In this document: positions 38,065-52,352 of the stretch, one piece after another
How positions within the stretch are numbered: the stretch's first letter is position 1
How the letters are laid out: each line of letters starts with the position of its first letter
Assembly: GCA_026025075.1 (NCBI GenBank)
Contig: JAPEUI010000005.1
Coordinates: 248,001-311,090 of the forward strand
Origin: Vezdaea acicularis
Lineage: Eukaryota
Length of the DNA stretch: 63,090 nt
Direction of reading: 5' to 3'
Made by a program: the position numbers and the translations under genes
The notes under the pieces: generated by a model
The model's input: only the letters and a program-made list of their open reading frames with translations
The model's database searches: none
What the model was told of the DNA's origin: nothing

Positions 38065-39184
38065 GTTGGCTTTCGACGATTCTGTAGTGGAATGATATGA
38101 TCTTATTGAGGGACGGGCGAAAGGCGAAGGGCGAATGGGGGGATGGTGTTTTAGAATCTTTGCTTGGGCGAGACAGGAAGGGAGTAGAGGAGCAAGGTCA
38201 CTGTGAGGGAAGACGTGCTTTATATGCAGAACGGTAGGGACGGAGACGGCGGGACGGCAAGAACGCATGACTTTGATGGTGTAGCCCATCCCGGCGGGAC
38301 CAACGGAATCTCTCTCTATCTGGTGGTAGGCAGGAGGCAACCTCGGACGTGCTTGCCCGTGCTGCTTGTGCTCCTTCGAGCAACCAGGGAGCTCGGATGG
38401 AGGAGGAGGCATTTAACGGCCGCTACCCCATGTAAGATGATCGGCGTCATGGGGAGGATATGGACTCCTGAGGCTCGTGACTCGTACAGCAGACAGTCCG
38501 AGATCGCAGCAGTGCTACTCTCGGTCGGTGGAGAAGACCGTCGTCGTCCTCATTCCGGCCTTCCGGCCTATGCCACTTTGACAGGGTAGCATCGTGCTCG
38601 GCGGAGTGGGTAAGCCCACTCACTGGGACCACCCTTGGGCCCGCCATCATCCCTCGTCCTAGAGTCTGTACTCCGTCCACTTGGATGGCTCGATATCTTT
38701 AATTCCTGCAGCACTTCTGCGGGTGCGGTAGAAAAGTCATGACATGCAGATGCGGCAGCCATTTTCGTCATTGGCGTCAACGCGGTTGATGCCGCTACGT
38801 CTAGCATGCTCGCCGAGATTCGCGAAAGAAATCGGCTTCCCCATCATACGAATTCACAGAAATCTATTGCCGATTTATTTGCCTAGCTAGTTATAGCCTT
38901 CAATCCCTCCTGTCCATAAAGGGCCTTCTGCAGCTACGTGAAGCCATAGCGCGGGCTAGTCCCCACCAGCTACGTTGTGCCTAGAGAGTATCATACAGCC
39001 ATAACCATTTCCACTTAAGAAGCCCTCCTCCCCCCCCCATCTTGCCTATTACGAAATTCGTAAAACGCCATGAGATGCATCTAACGCTCACGTCAACCCT
39101 TAATGCAGTAATGGGTGGCCCCAGAAACAAAGCCGTTCGCTCAAATGGAATACGCCAGAATGAAATGCAGACGATTGTCCCCCA

Positions 39185-42100
39185 TCAATCCTTTAGAGAG
39201 GTCCTCATTTGGAAGAGTGCAGTTTTGACTCGTTCCTTGACATCCAAGTCCGGGTCGTTCTCCAAACTCTCCAGCTTCTCAAGGAAGCCGAGGTTTCGCA
39301 ACTCTATGGCCCGAGACTTGGCACCCAGTCGGTCCGATTCATCGTCTGTCCACGACAGATTGATGATAACCCACACCATCGCCACTCGAACAGTCTTGTT
39401 AGGATGGTTGCACAGTGGCAGGAGTAACTTAAGCAACCCAGGGTTCGACAGTAGTGTTTGGCGATGACGGGGACGTCCAGCCGCGATATGGACGATTATA
39501 TAACTCACACTTTCTATGATTTGTTCCGCTGGCGGAACGCAACGGACATCATCACCTCCCGATTTTCTCTTGTCGCGACCCGACAAATTCATTGCAGATG
39601 GCTTTAGCTTTGATGAAAGGATATCGAAGATTGTATCTTGACCAAGGTCCCGGAAAACGCAATCGATCATTTCTGGCGATCCAGGGGCACACATGAGATT
39701 CCGAATCACAGAGAGCGCTTGTTCCTGAACGGCTAGATCAAGGCTCCGCGCCTTTTTGATCGGGTTCGTTTCTGCGTCAAGCACTGCAGCTAGTCGAGTC
39801 CTTCCGATTGCAGACGCGTAATCTTTGTCAGCGTTGAGGACAACATCATTCATTGATTTGGCTGATCTGAGGTTGTAAGAGTCCGGGATTCCCACGCTAT
39901 CTGCAAGGTTGATCACCTCAGGTCTGCAATCTTCAAACATCTTGGTCGGATCAATACTAGTTGAATTTTCGCGTTCTTGGTTCAGTGACGACATGTCCAT
40001 CGCATCGTCCTGTTCCATGCTGGCTCTTGGCGTAGTGAGGGCCGAGTTCTCAGTATTTTCGCAGATCAACTTGACGAGTGATTGTGGACGCAGAGTCCTC
40101 AACAAAAGTACCTTTACATCAAGTTCTGCTGCTAGAGAAAGGTGCTTCAGAGCCCACACTGCGTTCAACCTTAGCTTTGGATTGGGGGAGTGTGCAAGGT
40201 CGCACATGATTTCTAAAACTCCGGCCTTCAAAATTGCCTGCATACAGTCATTAGCTATGTAGTAAATAGGTAGCGAAGAATAGCCTTACATCTCGCATAG
40301 GGCTAAAGTCCAAGACAAGGTTGATGGTGACAGCAGTAGCTGCGATTTTTACTTCGGTGTCGGGATGTTTAAGAAGCGCAAACACTGGTGGTGCAACATT
40401 TGCATCCACTAGAGTTGTCCTGAGGATCAATACTGATCGAGATAACGAACGGAGTGCGCAGCAAGCTGCGATCATCACTGAAGAAGGATTGCCTTCTATT
40501 TCTTGTGTTTCCTCCCCCGGATTATCTTTGCCGCATGTCCCGATATCAAACGGTCTTAAACTATCTACAATTAACGGGGTAATTCCTTGCGCAATTATCT
40601 CCTTTCGATATTCTTCCTTGAATGGTCCCAGAGACGCTAAAGCCATCAGAACACCTTCTCGGACTCGTGATTTGTTAGCAGCTAACGGTGTGAGACCTCG
40701 CCCTCCGAGTACTGATGTCTCTGTCGGTTCCATAGAAAGACTGGGTTCGCTTCCATCAGCATGCCAGGTCGGAGCTCCTGGTGGGGCGGACTCTCGGGCA
40801 CAAGCTAGCTTCAAGAGTTGTGCTAATTTTTTGATAGCATGGGCATCGACGGCAGCTTTCTGGAGCTCCTCACTATCTTTCAACAGCATCGCGAGTACCC
40901 CAGATGTCTCCTCTGTTACTGTTTGCATTCTTCGTCGAGCAATCCCCCAATCTTGCTTGGTGGAGGCATAATGAAAACTAGCGCAGCACTCATCCAGCAT
41001 TCGTACAAGGAGTGGAACAACCATCAATGCCAGCCCTCGCTCTCGACTCTTGCTTGCAAGGCCAGCTCGATAGAGAAGAGTCAGAACCGCTATTGACATA
41101 AGACGCGAGAAGCCGTTCTCAACCCTCGACATGTGTAAAAGCCAAGCCACCAGTGGACTCTCTTCACGATCTTCAAGGCCATCGGAAAAGCCGTCATTCT
41201 CAAATCCATGTCTGTCAGGACGTAAAGCGGGGTGGGCTGATGCCTGAGTTGCAACGGATGTCAAATGTACCGGTGGCCCAGCTCCGAGAGGCGGAAATGC
41301 GTTCTGCTGTAATTGTGCACTCTTAGTGCCTGAAGGTGGAATTTCCGGGAGTAAGTTATCGATAGGATTCTCGATTTGGCTACTATCCGCGTACTCGGGT
41401 TGGAGAGCGCCATCAGCACCCATCACTTGCTGCCACGGATCTAATGGCGAAGGAAAGACGGATTTAATATGAGGCGAGCAGATAAGTTGCAATGCACGCA
41501 GCTTCGAGTCTTTGATGATCATGGCGATCGCCCTCAGGATAGGCGCGAGCTTTGCTGATTCGGGTGCTGCTGGTGGAATTGAGTTGTTCCCGAACGGAAG
41601 TGAACTCTCCGCCCCGGGAAGCACATAGCCCTTCGATACTATCAAGGTCGATAGCCTGTAAGCTAATGCTTGTAAAACTCCTGAGCTTGCCAAAGCAGCC
41701 CTAAACCGCTCCTCGTTGCAGGTTTTCGCGATCAAAGACGATACCGCATGTATCTGGTGCTGAATGATCGTCGCACTAGAAGTTTGACCCAAGATTTCGA
41801 CAAGGGACTCTATGGCACTCGGTGTGAACAGGGCCTCCAGTGAGGGTGATGAAGGATGTGAAGCGGGCAGGCATAAAGATAGAGAGTCTGCCACAGTTCT
41901 CAAGGCCTTTAAGGACGCGAGTGTTATCTCAGGGGGGTTTTCTGACGGCGATAGTGAAGAGAGGAGAGCACTGGTCACTGAGCATGCAAATAGCGGTTTG
42001 ATATAAGCCGGACCCCCTGATTAGAAAGTCAAGTCAGCAGAAACAAGGTTATTTGGGTAGCAGGATGACCAACCTCGTGCAAAGCTATCAACTATCACTA

Positions 42101-42383
42101 TTGCCTGTAGACGAGCCTCTTCTATATCCGTGAGATGTTTTCCAGAGACATCTGTCCCATTAAGCTCTCTCCTTCGTTGCTTGCCACTGGATCTTGAGGA
42201 TTCTATTATCTGGATAACCGGTACCAAGGCCCCGAGGCGAACCCAGAGGGCTTTCTTATCATCGTGACCAACAACTTCGTTCTTGAGAGCCTTGAGCGCG
42301 TTAGTCTGGGAAGTCAATGATTTTGGGCTCTGCAGCTCTTCGAGCAAACCAGGCGTTGTTGGGCGGATCATTACGATGGCCAT
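39185..42383 (-). CDS. Armadillo-repeat protein, ARMC8/Vid28 (GID complex subunit)-like
   Basis: LKALKNEVVGHDDKK, ALRSLSRSVLILRTTLVD, NLVLDFSPMR, LRLNAVWALKH and DLDVKERVKTAL; two introns. Confidence 0.87.
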
Positions 42384-43166
42384 GGAAGATAGTGATATGA
42401 GAGGATCCGGTGCAGGGAGCGTCGAAAATCGTGGTATGATAAGATTCCTGATGCTGACGCTCAACTCAACTCAACCTCTCATATCTGTGTTTCGTGCTCG
42501 ACACATATACTTGCTGAGGCAATAGGATGGCTAACATTTTGGGGAAGAAAAGAATAACACCAACTAGCTATTATGCCCGAGGTTGACCGTTACAGGTCCC
42601 GCTGTTGTCATCGAAGCGAATCACGTTTCTAGGCTTCATTTTGCTGTTTTGCGCTCACTTAACATGTCAAAGAAACAACGATCGACATGATAAACAGTTC
42701 TTGGTTGGTTTGAAAGAAAATGACTCTTAGAAACCATCAATAGCTTGATCTTTTTTTGAAACAGGCAAAATCAACCGGACGCACGGAGCAGATCTACAAG
42801 ACATTTCGGCAAGTGAACTTGTGGGCGTGGCGCAAGCCAGGTAGTCATGAACCCTGAGCGCCCTATCGTTAGAATCAGAAGTATCGACCATTATGGAGAA
42901 GTACAGCCAATTCACGATACATTAATGTTCACTATAACACAACTGAATATATCGAACCCTTCTACCGAATAACTTGATCTTCTGTAGGCGCATAGTCACT
43001 GCTCTCCTCCCTCCCAAAGTCAACTGCGACGCCACGAGTCTTGCAACCATATCTTCCATCTCCATAATAAGGAAGATCTCGAGGCCGTCAACCGCTATGC
43101 AAGGAGTAGATATCCAGGTCTTTATTTGGCGTAGCTTGTGCTCACGCTAGTGGCTGTATTCCAGTG

Positions 43167-44406
43167 ATGTTAACGTCCTCACCCTCACACTCTCCTACCA
43201 TACATTCAACTCCGTCATCGCCTGCGAATTCCTTTATTGCGCGCTCGTACAGTAATGGATCATATCGGCAGACAACCTCACAAAGCCCTCGACAGACCTC
43301 ACTACGGCATTTACGACCTGCTACATCGCCGCTTGCCTCCACCTCGTCTCTGAGCCTCTTGGCCATCTCGGGCCCACCGCCGAGACCAGCGACCTACGTT
43401 GACGCTTCGACACAGTGGACACCACCATCCGATGAGTTGCATGCGTCGAGGCGGGATACTGAGCAGGATATTCAAGAAGGGATACCTGAGCCAGCAACCA
43501 CCGAAACTGTCAAGGGCAAACCGGCGGGAAAGGCTGTGTCTCACCCTACCACTCAGACCGGGATGGGCGATGTGGATAACCCGCCCTCTCCGAATATACA
43601 GTCCCAAGCGCCTAGCAAACAAGCTAAAACACCATCCTCGGACCCTAAGTCCTTGATACCTCTCGCCGTCACATCCAATACTTCACCAAAACGTCCTCAA
43701 GCCGAAATCTCCGGTGTATCTGCGGCGAAGAGGCCTCGGCCGCCACGCCCTGCTGCCAAAGTAATGCCAATGGCATATGAGACTTGCGATGTGCGAGATC
43801 TTGTGGTTTTGATATCAAACATGCTCATGGAGCTCGTCCGGCTCAACGATGACATCCCCTTGAAAGATGGCGGCCTCACCCGTTTTCACTCACGGTAAGC
43901 TCTACAATGTATTCCCCTTATCAGAACCATCCAATTTAACAATCCCAAGCGCACCTCCAGGCATCTCTGTCCTAGATTATCTCCAGCGCCTAACCACGCA
44001 CGCCACGCTCTCTCCACCCATCCTACTTAGCATGGTGTACTACATCGACCGCCTCTGCTCCCTCTACCCCGCATTCACAATCTCGTCACTAACCGTGCAT
44101 CGTTTCCTAATCACTTCCGCAACCGTCGCCTCAAAAGGTCTCTCTGACTCCTTCTGGACCAACAGCACATACGCACGTGTTGGTGGCATATCCCTCAAGG
44201 AACTAGCGAGACTCGAGCTTGAGTTTTTGGAAAAGGTTGATTGGATGATCGTCCCACAGCCGGAAGTACTGGTCAGTTACTACCAGAGTCTGGTAGAGAG
44301 GTGTGAGGGGTTTGTAATGGATGGGAAGGATAAGGGAAAGGCAAAGGAGAAGGAAAGGGAGAGGGGGAAGACTAGTGTTGATAAGAAAGAGAGTAGTACG
44401 GCGTAG
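43167..44406 (+). CDS. PHO80: Pho80-family cyclin (PREG / Nuc-1 negative regulator-like)
   Basis: LTRFHSR|APPGISVLDYLQRL, YYIDRL and TVHRFLITSATVASKGLSDSFWTNSTYARVGG; intron from 43895. Confidence 0.9.
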
Positions 44407-44709
44407 GTACGGTTCTGGGACTCGTGGAATACTTAACCCGGCGCGTTTTTGGGCACAGGTGGGAATTCACTGCATGCTTGTGCGCTAGGTCTTGATTTTT
44501 TGAAGCTTGGCGTAGGGAGGTATATACATTGTAGCGTTACAGCATGAGCGATTTTACGGCTCTGATGAAGGCACCTTCTACAACTGATTTTATAGCCTAA
44601 GAGAGCAAGGACGTGAGTAAAATAAAGCAAAGCACAGGTGAGTTCTCCGCAGCTTCCAGCTTCGCTGGTCGAAGACCTCCTTCTTTACTAAGCCCTCCAC
44701 TCCTCTCGC

Positions 44710-45698
44710 CTACTCTAGTCCTTCCTGTTTCAAGAAGTTGTTCGTCGTATCCCTGGCAATTTCCCACATTCTCTCCATTTCCTCATTATCCTCATCTTCC
44801 TCATTTTCCAGCTTCACCTCCGCCTCCTCCACCACAAGCTCAGCACCACCATCCCCCTCCTCGAACCACCTTCTCTCCACTCCCACTTCCTCATCTTCCA
44901 TCTTCACCTCCACCCCCAACATGGCCTCAGCATCACCATACCCCTCCTCGACCCCCCTCCTGTCGGCCACCCCCTCTCGAGCCGCGATCTCAGCAGTCAA
45001 TCGTTGAATCGTGGCCTCAAGCACCGCCTTTTCTCGCACCAAGAACATCTGTCGCTCTGCATTCGCCAGTGCTCGCTCCCGCCCCCTCTCCTGCTCCCGC
45101 TGCAGCTCTCGCTGCTGCTCCCACTCCCGGTCACGCCTCCGCGCACTCTGTAACTGACCCGGCGTGAGCCAAAGGCGAGCCACATCTATGGTCGACGGGT
45201 TGGGTGGACGAGGTAGAGGTCCCCAAGGATCCGGTTCCGCCAACTAAATCTCTGAATAACCATTTATACGAGGATTACACGGAGAATAACTCACCGGCTC
45301 AACTAGAGCAAAGCTGGGGTCATGGTGGAAACCAACCGGTCTAACCCCTGGAAGAGGTAGCCTCCACTAATCCTATCAACCAGGGATTCAAAGGGAACCT
45401 TGAAAATACTTACCACGTGCGAAGCAGTCCGGTCCGTGACATCCTGAGCATGATACGGAGACGCACAAGTGGTGAGTTCAGACCACTGGATTAATCAACT
45501 CGGCACTTCAAACATGGCAGCGGTAGTACTCACAGACTCAGCGGGCGCCCAACTAGAGCCATCATACATATACGAGGTGCGAACGATCCCGCGATGGCTA
45601 GAGTGGGTGGTAGTCATGGTGACGGTCCCTTGGAAGCCGAGTGGTGGAGCAGGATAGAGACCCCTGAAGTTGAGCGGGAGCGGAGGACCATCCGCCAT
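44710..45698 (-). CDS. Hypothetical multi-exon protein with acidic coiled-coil C-terminus
   Basis: ATG at 45698; three canonical donors on the minus strand (45533, 45413, 45294) with nearby acceptors; final exon is E/R-rich. Confidence 0.5.
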
Positions 45699-46013
45699 GT
45701 TTTAATCTCTGCGTAGTGTTTTGGATGCTGCAAGTGACGGAGCCTGCTTAGCTTGCGTGTTTGGAGTGGAAAAGGTGGGCGCGGCTGATTCGGCCGCAGC
45801 GCGGTGGGTGAAATTAGGGCAACGACGCGTGCTTGCGAGAAATTTAGCAAACTTCCCACACCTAACGAGAAAGCCTCGATTCGCGTCACGATCGGGGTGA
45901 GAGACTTCTGGAAACATTATCATTAAGCTTACTCATCTATACGCTCTATCCCAGTAACCTTGGGTATAACCCCCATTCCAATCCATTCCATCCATCCATG
46001 CAATTATCCCCCC

Positions 46014-49000
46014 TCAAATGCAACCCAGAAGTTTACGCCTGCTCTTCCCGGCCGCCTGCCCATAATTTTCCTCCTCGACGCTATGTTTCCCCACGATGCT
46101 CAAGAAGACCTGGTCGAGGGTCGTCTGGCTGATAGAGTAGTATTCCAGGCCAAGCTCCTCTTTGCTGCTCTCTAATTTGGTGAAGAGGGACGCGATGCCA
46201 CCTCGCGACGCCCTTTTCTCGGTGATCTCATCAGACACCGTGCTTGCAGCTTGGGAATCGGCGGCGGAGATAGGGAGAGAGAAGCGGAGCTGGCCGTGGT
46301 AAGTCTCGTCTTCGACGTCGGCGTGGGGAAAGTGGTCTATGATCCACGTGCGGACGCGGCTCATCTCTTCGGTGGAGGAGTGAGGGGCGGTTTTCATGAT
46401 GAGGTGGACGTAATAAGCGTCTCCGTGTTTTCTACGAAGAGAGTCTGTAGTTCCAAGTGCCAGCATCTTGCTCGCCATGATGCCCGCTCGATCCGCAAGG
46501 GCGTCTGCTTCTTCCATGGAGTGCGTTGTCAAGACCAAAGATCTTCCAGGGATAATGGAGGATAGGGTTCGCCACATGACACGTTTGGACGCTGCGTCCA
46601 TTCCTGAAGAGGGCTCGTCTAATAGAAGCACTGTGGGGTTACCCATCAACGCAACAGCCAGACTGAGTTTTCTTTTGTTGCCACCAGACAGCTTGAAAGC
46701 CATTCGGCTTGTGAAGCTTTCAAGGCCGACAGCGCGCACCACCTCCTGCACATTATGTTCGACATCAGCGACACCTCGGACCCGAGCGTAGAAACGAAGA
46801 TGTTCCAGTACTGTCATTTGATCCATCGCATCGAATTGAGGGCATACACCTAAGTGTGCTCGAGCCGCAGCTCGCCGTTTGCTGATCGGGATGTTCTCTA
46901 CAAATATTTCCCCTCCGTTGTGTGATGGTTGGATGTCGCCGCGAATGAGTGAGATAGTTGTCGACTTGCCAGCACCCTAAAGCGAGATATAGCGATTGTC
47001 TCAGAAAATGTGTCTTGTCGTGATCACTCACATTTGGTCCCAGCAAAGCAAAAACCTCCCCACGCTTAACACCAAATGTCAAGTCCTGGACCGCAACATT
47101 TGATTTGAACGCCTTCGTCAAATGAACAACTCTTAACCCATCATTAGAGCTGTTAACCCTGACTAGTTCATCCGCTACGTCTTTATCTTGCACCTCTCGC
47201 TCTTCAACATCCTTTTCCTTATAACTCCTTCTCAGCTTACCGGTTAGGGGACCCGAGTCATACCAGAGAAGTATGCCCAGTAATACAAGACTCTGGACGA
47301 TGAAATACGTTATAGGACCGCCATAAAGAATCATTGCTCCTGGATTGGAAGAGATCTGGTTCCCATGGCACGAGACGGAAAAGACGTTCAACGCCACAAA
47401 CATGGCGCGAATGAGATTCCCTGTAGGTGTGATGCTAGCAAATGTGAAGTGGAAGATGTTGAGGTAGGTGTCGATCTTGTCAGTTGGAGAATAGGTCAAG
47501 ATACTCAAATACCCGATGAAGTAGAGGAGGAACATTACGGCTTGACCACCTGCACAGAAGGCAAAAGCAGCAAGTTGAGAAGCCGCAAAGAGCGAGATGA
47601 CGTAGGCCAAAAGAATAGACGCCAAACCGTAGAGCCAGAAGACCGGGAAAAGGTAACCGACGTGGTACCAGGCGCCAGAGGCTGCCGCGAAAATGATGAG
47701 CACAATGGCACTCAGGACTAGTACGAAGACTGAGTCGAACGCAACGTAGGCGAGCCACAGAGGCAGTGACCTGACACCGTTGCTATAATGCAAAGCTCGG
47801 ACATTCCGGAGCCGCTCTAGACATGGATACAAAGCAAAGAATGCCGGGTATGCTGCCATAGCTAAGCCGAAATACACGACAAGCTGAAGCGTCTTGCCGG
47901 TGTTTGGTGCCCAAGCTATATCAAAAGACTGGAACTGGGTGCTGATTGAAATGTTTGTCAACAGGACATCGAAGGCGTTCTGGGTGATAGTGCTATAGAA
48001 AACGCCGTAGTTCCCAAGATATGCGAATGTTGGCGTATCAGTAGCAGCCCCAAGGAATAGACCACCTGGTGTCACATTGGCGAATCGTTCACTGATATAC
48101 GAATTGAATTGACCTAGGTTATCGACGAGGTGTGTTGATTGCGAAAGACCTGAGGCATTCGTTACTAAACCACCAGACCCTGCTTTTGGCAAACTCTGGA
48201 CGAATAGGTTGAGTGCTTCTGGGCTAATCCGACTCGCAGGGCCTGCAAGTAGATCTAGCTTCACTTCCGTTTCCAAAGACTTTATATCAAAAGTAGATGC
48301 CTGGCCTGCTGGACTGCACCCAGCCGCCTTGTACCCTTTGAGAAATAGAGTGACGAGGCCCGCAGCGATGATTGGGATGAGGAATGCCATCGCATGGGGT
48401 AGATAGTTCCTCTGCAATATCGTGAACCGTTTGCGGAAAAGAACCCACGCTTGGTGGACCATCCCGATTCTTCGACCAGGGCGGAGTTGAACGCCTTCAT
48501 CTCTTTCCTTGACACCTTCTGAGCCAGATGTAATAGAAGTGATGACAGCGCTTCCATTCTTGTTTTCAGGCAGGTCAGATGCCTCTCCAGATGCTTCACT
48601 CACACCCATTTTGGCCTCCTCGGCCACTTTAAGAAACACATCTTCGATAGTCGGACCTAAAACTTGATAATCACTGATATTTTGTCTATCTAGCTCTTCA
48701 ATCAGCTGAGCCGCATTTGATGAGTCTGGAACACTGTAGATCGTCTCGCTGGCCGTCGAATGTAGCCTAGCGCCATTGATATTTGGAGGTTCGGCTGCGT
48801 TCAAAGCTTTGGGCACATGAACATGGTACCCACCGCCAAGCTTATGCTTCAGTTCCACAGAGGATCCCTCGGCTCTCAGGGTACCCTTGGATAGAATTGC
48901 AATATTATCAGCAAGTAAGTCCGCCTCATCGAGGAAGTGAGTCGTGAAGATAAGAGTGCGTGCCCCCCTCTCTCGTAGTAGGATATCCCATATCTTCCGC

Positions 49001-50898
49001 CTCGAGAGAGGATCGAGCCCACTTGAGACCTCATCAATAGCGCAAACGCGACTCCCACCAGTGAACATCATGGCAAGCTGGAGCTTCCTTTTCTGACCTC
49101 CAGACAAGGTTTTAGCTCTCGCCATTGACTTGACGGAAAGATCGCAGGCAGCTACAAGTTCGAGAATCTGCTCCTTAGAATCGCGAGCCCCAGTCGTTTT
49201 TAGATGGTTGAATATCCGAACGTGCTCCGCGACGGTGAGATCTTCCCACAAGACGTTCCTTTGCGGACATAGGCCAAGGCCTCCCGTTCCGTCCACATCA
49301 ATCGAACCTGACGTAAGCTTACTCAAACCACAGATTGCGTCTAAAGTTGTGCTCTTGCCTGACCCATTTGCTCCTAAGAGGACCAGTATTTGGCCTCTTA
49401 GAGCAGACAGGGTGAGGTCGTTCACCGCCACAACAGTTGGGTCATGTCTTCCAAAGAACGGTCCAATCTTCCGAGAGAAATATCCTGGCTTATATTGCTT
49501 CGAAAAGTTTGAGATCTTTACGGCCTCGGGTGATTCTTGGCCTTGGGAAGATAAGTTTCTCGTCTTGCTCGCGGTGCCGTACAAGGACCTTTCCACCCAA
49601 GCCCCTAACATCGGGTAGATGAAAATTTGCAGTACCAGAAACACCCAGAATACTATTCCTGGCAATGTCCAGGGGTTCTGTGGTGCACCTTTGATCATAT
49701 TTGCACCGATGTTTTGCCGTTCCCATCGAGCAATATAGATGATGAAGTATGTATAGTTCATTGGCGGGAACAACAGTGAAAGTATGGCGACCGCACCAGT
49801 GGAAGCTTGATATAGGACTTGTGCGAGGACCCCGAGCAGGAGAGCGATTATAGTCGTCGCTATACCGCTTAGTTGCGCTTTCTTGAAGAAGGATGCACCA
49901 AAGATCGCAAACGAAGCAAGCGACAGCCCCGTCAGTAGATGATGAATGACAATGATGGCTACATTTGTCTTCGCAAACACTCCACGGGCCAGAATAAGGG
50001 ACATTACTATCCATCCAGGCAAGTAGATGAGAGAGAAGGCGATATGATAAGAGGCAAGACGGGCAAATTGGGGTTGCCAGCGCTGACGATTAGGCATCAT
50101 GGCTTCAAGGAGCTGGGCCATTCCCAGCTCTCTTTCTGATGCCATAGCACCAACAAGCTGGTAGATCACCCCCACAACAGCAATGAAGAACGCTACCGCA
50201 AGGATCTGGGTGATACCACTCATGAAGCGAGTACGGATCTGATCTTTCCGCTGTTGCTCGTTCTCATCTGTGAACGGATACTGCAGAACAGTCTTTGGGA
50301 GTGAAGACTGGTCTATTGTCGAATTTTGAGAAGCAATCGCAAGATCGATAGCGCTCTGTAGAGGTATAGTGTATATCTCGACATCGTTGTTTGCGTTGCG
50401 GATGTCAATAGTATTACCCAAAGCCCCATCTGCTCGGAGTGTGTAGTTCCACAGCCCATCCGGTCCTTCGTTCGGTGATGAATAGAAAACGGCAGCACCA
50501 AAACACTTGCTTACGGCTCGGAGAGAGCCCTTGCAAAGTGTCAACAGATCGGCTTGCTGCTGGACGATCTCAACTGTCTTTCCCGCGGATTTGAGGGGAG
50601 CTGCCACTTGATCTATGACCCGCTCAATATCTCCACCAAGGAAACCGTTATTAACAAAGACCAGGGTATTTCTGCCAGCTCCAGCAGCCCCCATTGCATC
50701 AGTCAAGGATCGGACAGGGGTAGGCGTTGCAACCCCATAGTATGAGACTGGTATAAAGAGATTTCGAGAATAGGACAGGAACAGCATGAAGATGACGGGA
50801 AGGAAGAAGGCCCGTATGGTTGTGGTGAATGCATGGCGCCAGAAGGCAATGCGCATATTCTTCTTGGAGAGCGTCCATGTCTGGCGAAGAAGGCCCAT
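46014..50898 (-). CDS. ABCA-subfamily full-length ABC transporter
   Basis: Two TMD-NBD halves. Walker A GANGSGKST and GPN|GAGKST; signatures LSGGQKRKL and LSGGNKRKL; DEVSSG/DEPSSG; TTH. Intron ~46977-47030. Confidence 0.95.
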
Positions 50899-52352
50899 CT
50901 TGCAGACAAGACGGTTCAGGTAGTGAACTCTTAACAGCGTAAGGTGCCGTAGAAAGCTTGTAGAGTTTCTACCATCAAAGCAGGATATTTTGAGGGTTTC
51001 TCAAGTCTGGTCAACGCATGAAGGAAGATGTGAGGTTTCCGCGCCTTCTGCACGATCCCGAGAACGAGTGGAAGAAAGGTGAAGTGATGCGCCTTGGTCG
51101 CTGGCAGTCCAGCCTACGATGTTCAATTGGAAGGAGAGAATTCTAGGGATGAGAAAGGTGAAGTTCATAGGTTAAGGAGAGGGCATGACATTCGGGGCGG
51201 TCGGACGATGGTGAACCCGTGGACGCGTACACACCCCGACATGACGCTTTCTTATCGCGGCGAAGACATTCCCGTTGTAGTACGAGGCAGAGTGACAAGG
51301 ATCGTGGAAAATGCATTACGGTTTGATCTAAGCTAAGCGAACCTCGGATACTCGCCGGGCCGGGCGTAAAGCCGTACGTGTACCTACTGTCACTGCATGG
51401 CGACAGAGCCGGAGTGCGGAGAGCGATCTCCGCCATCTAGTCTTCTAAGAGAGCTCACCCATGCGGAGAAAGCTTGTTCGAATGCTTTTCCAGCCGAATT
51501 CCTAGGAGCTCAGAGCTTACTCACGTGTCGTTCTTACTCAGGCGGCGCTTAGTACTTCTCTCCATGAAGTGGGTGTCTGCAGTAGCCGAAGAAGCGTCGC
51601 GGAATCCCCTCCTTGTCCCTCTACACGTGAAAGAGACAAACAGCAGTTAGCATTTTCCTTGTCGCGCGGACGGGGACAGAGCCGGGCTGTCAAAAAAAAG
51701 GTGTCGTATTAATGATGCCGCGGAGGGCAAACGTCGGGAAGATATCTCAACGCTCATTCGTCACGGCTATTCAGCGATCGTGAAACGCATGTTTTGACTT
51801 TTGGCGAAAGCGAAGCGGCTGTATATCATTGGGCAAGCGGGCAATGACTTTTCATCGAGGTTGAGAAACCAGGAGTTTGAGCTTCTAGGAGCCCAAGAAG
51901 TACATTATGTCATTGTACGGATTGCTCACGAAGACCCATTGGAGAGTTCTGGGCGGATCCAGGTCGCGTGAACGATTTATCCGTCTCGCGATATACGAGG
52001 CATATCAAGGATCCATTCAGCTACTTCCGTACAAGCAATTAAGGACCGAAACGGAGGGAGTTTAATGGGCAACATAAACCCAGTGGAAATTGAATGATCC
52101 CTAGTGTAGAAAGAAGCATTCGTTCTGGTGGAATTGAAAAGCTTGGTGCGACCTCCTAGGCCGTCGCCTAGTCAAGGTGCGGCATATTGAAACAATAGCC
52201 CACCCTATGAAGCCGTGCGCCCCTGTCGAGCTTACGCCTGTACTAGAGAATCCTTCAGAGTCTCAAATTCATATATTATACGATGGTCGCTTGGATAACA
52301 TCGCGATGTAAGCAAAATCATCGTGTTGCACCGTGCTTGACCATCCGCCGTC

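Noticed and set aside
51464..51491. Hairpin containing GTTCGAAT (tRNA T-loop/B-box-like)
   Set aside because: No cloverleaf or A-box around it.
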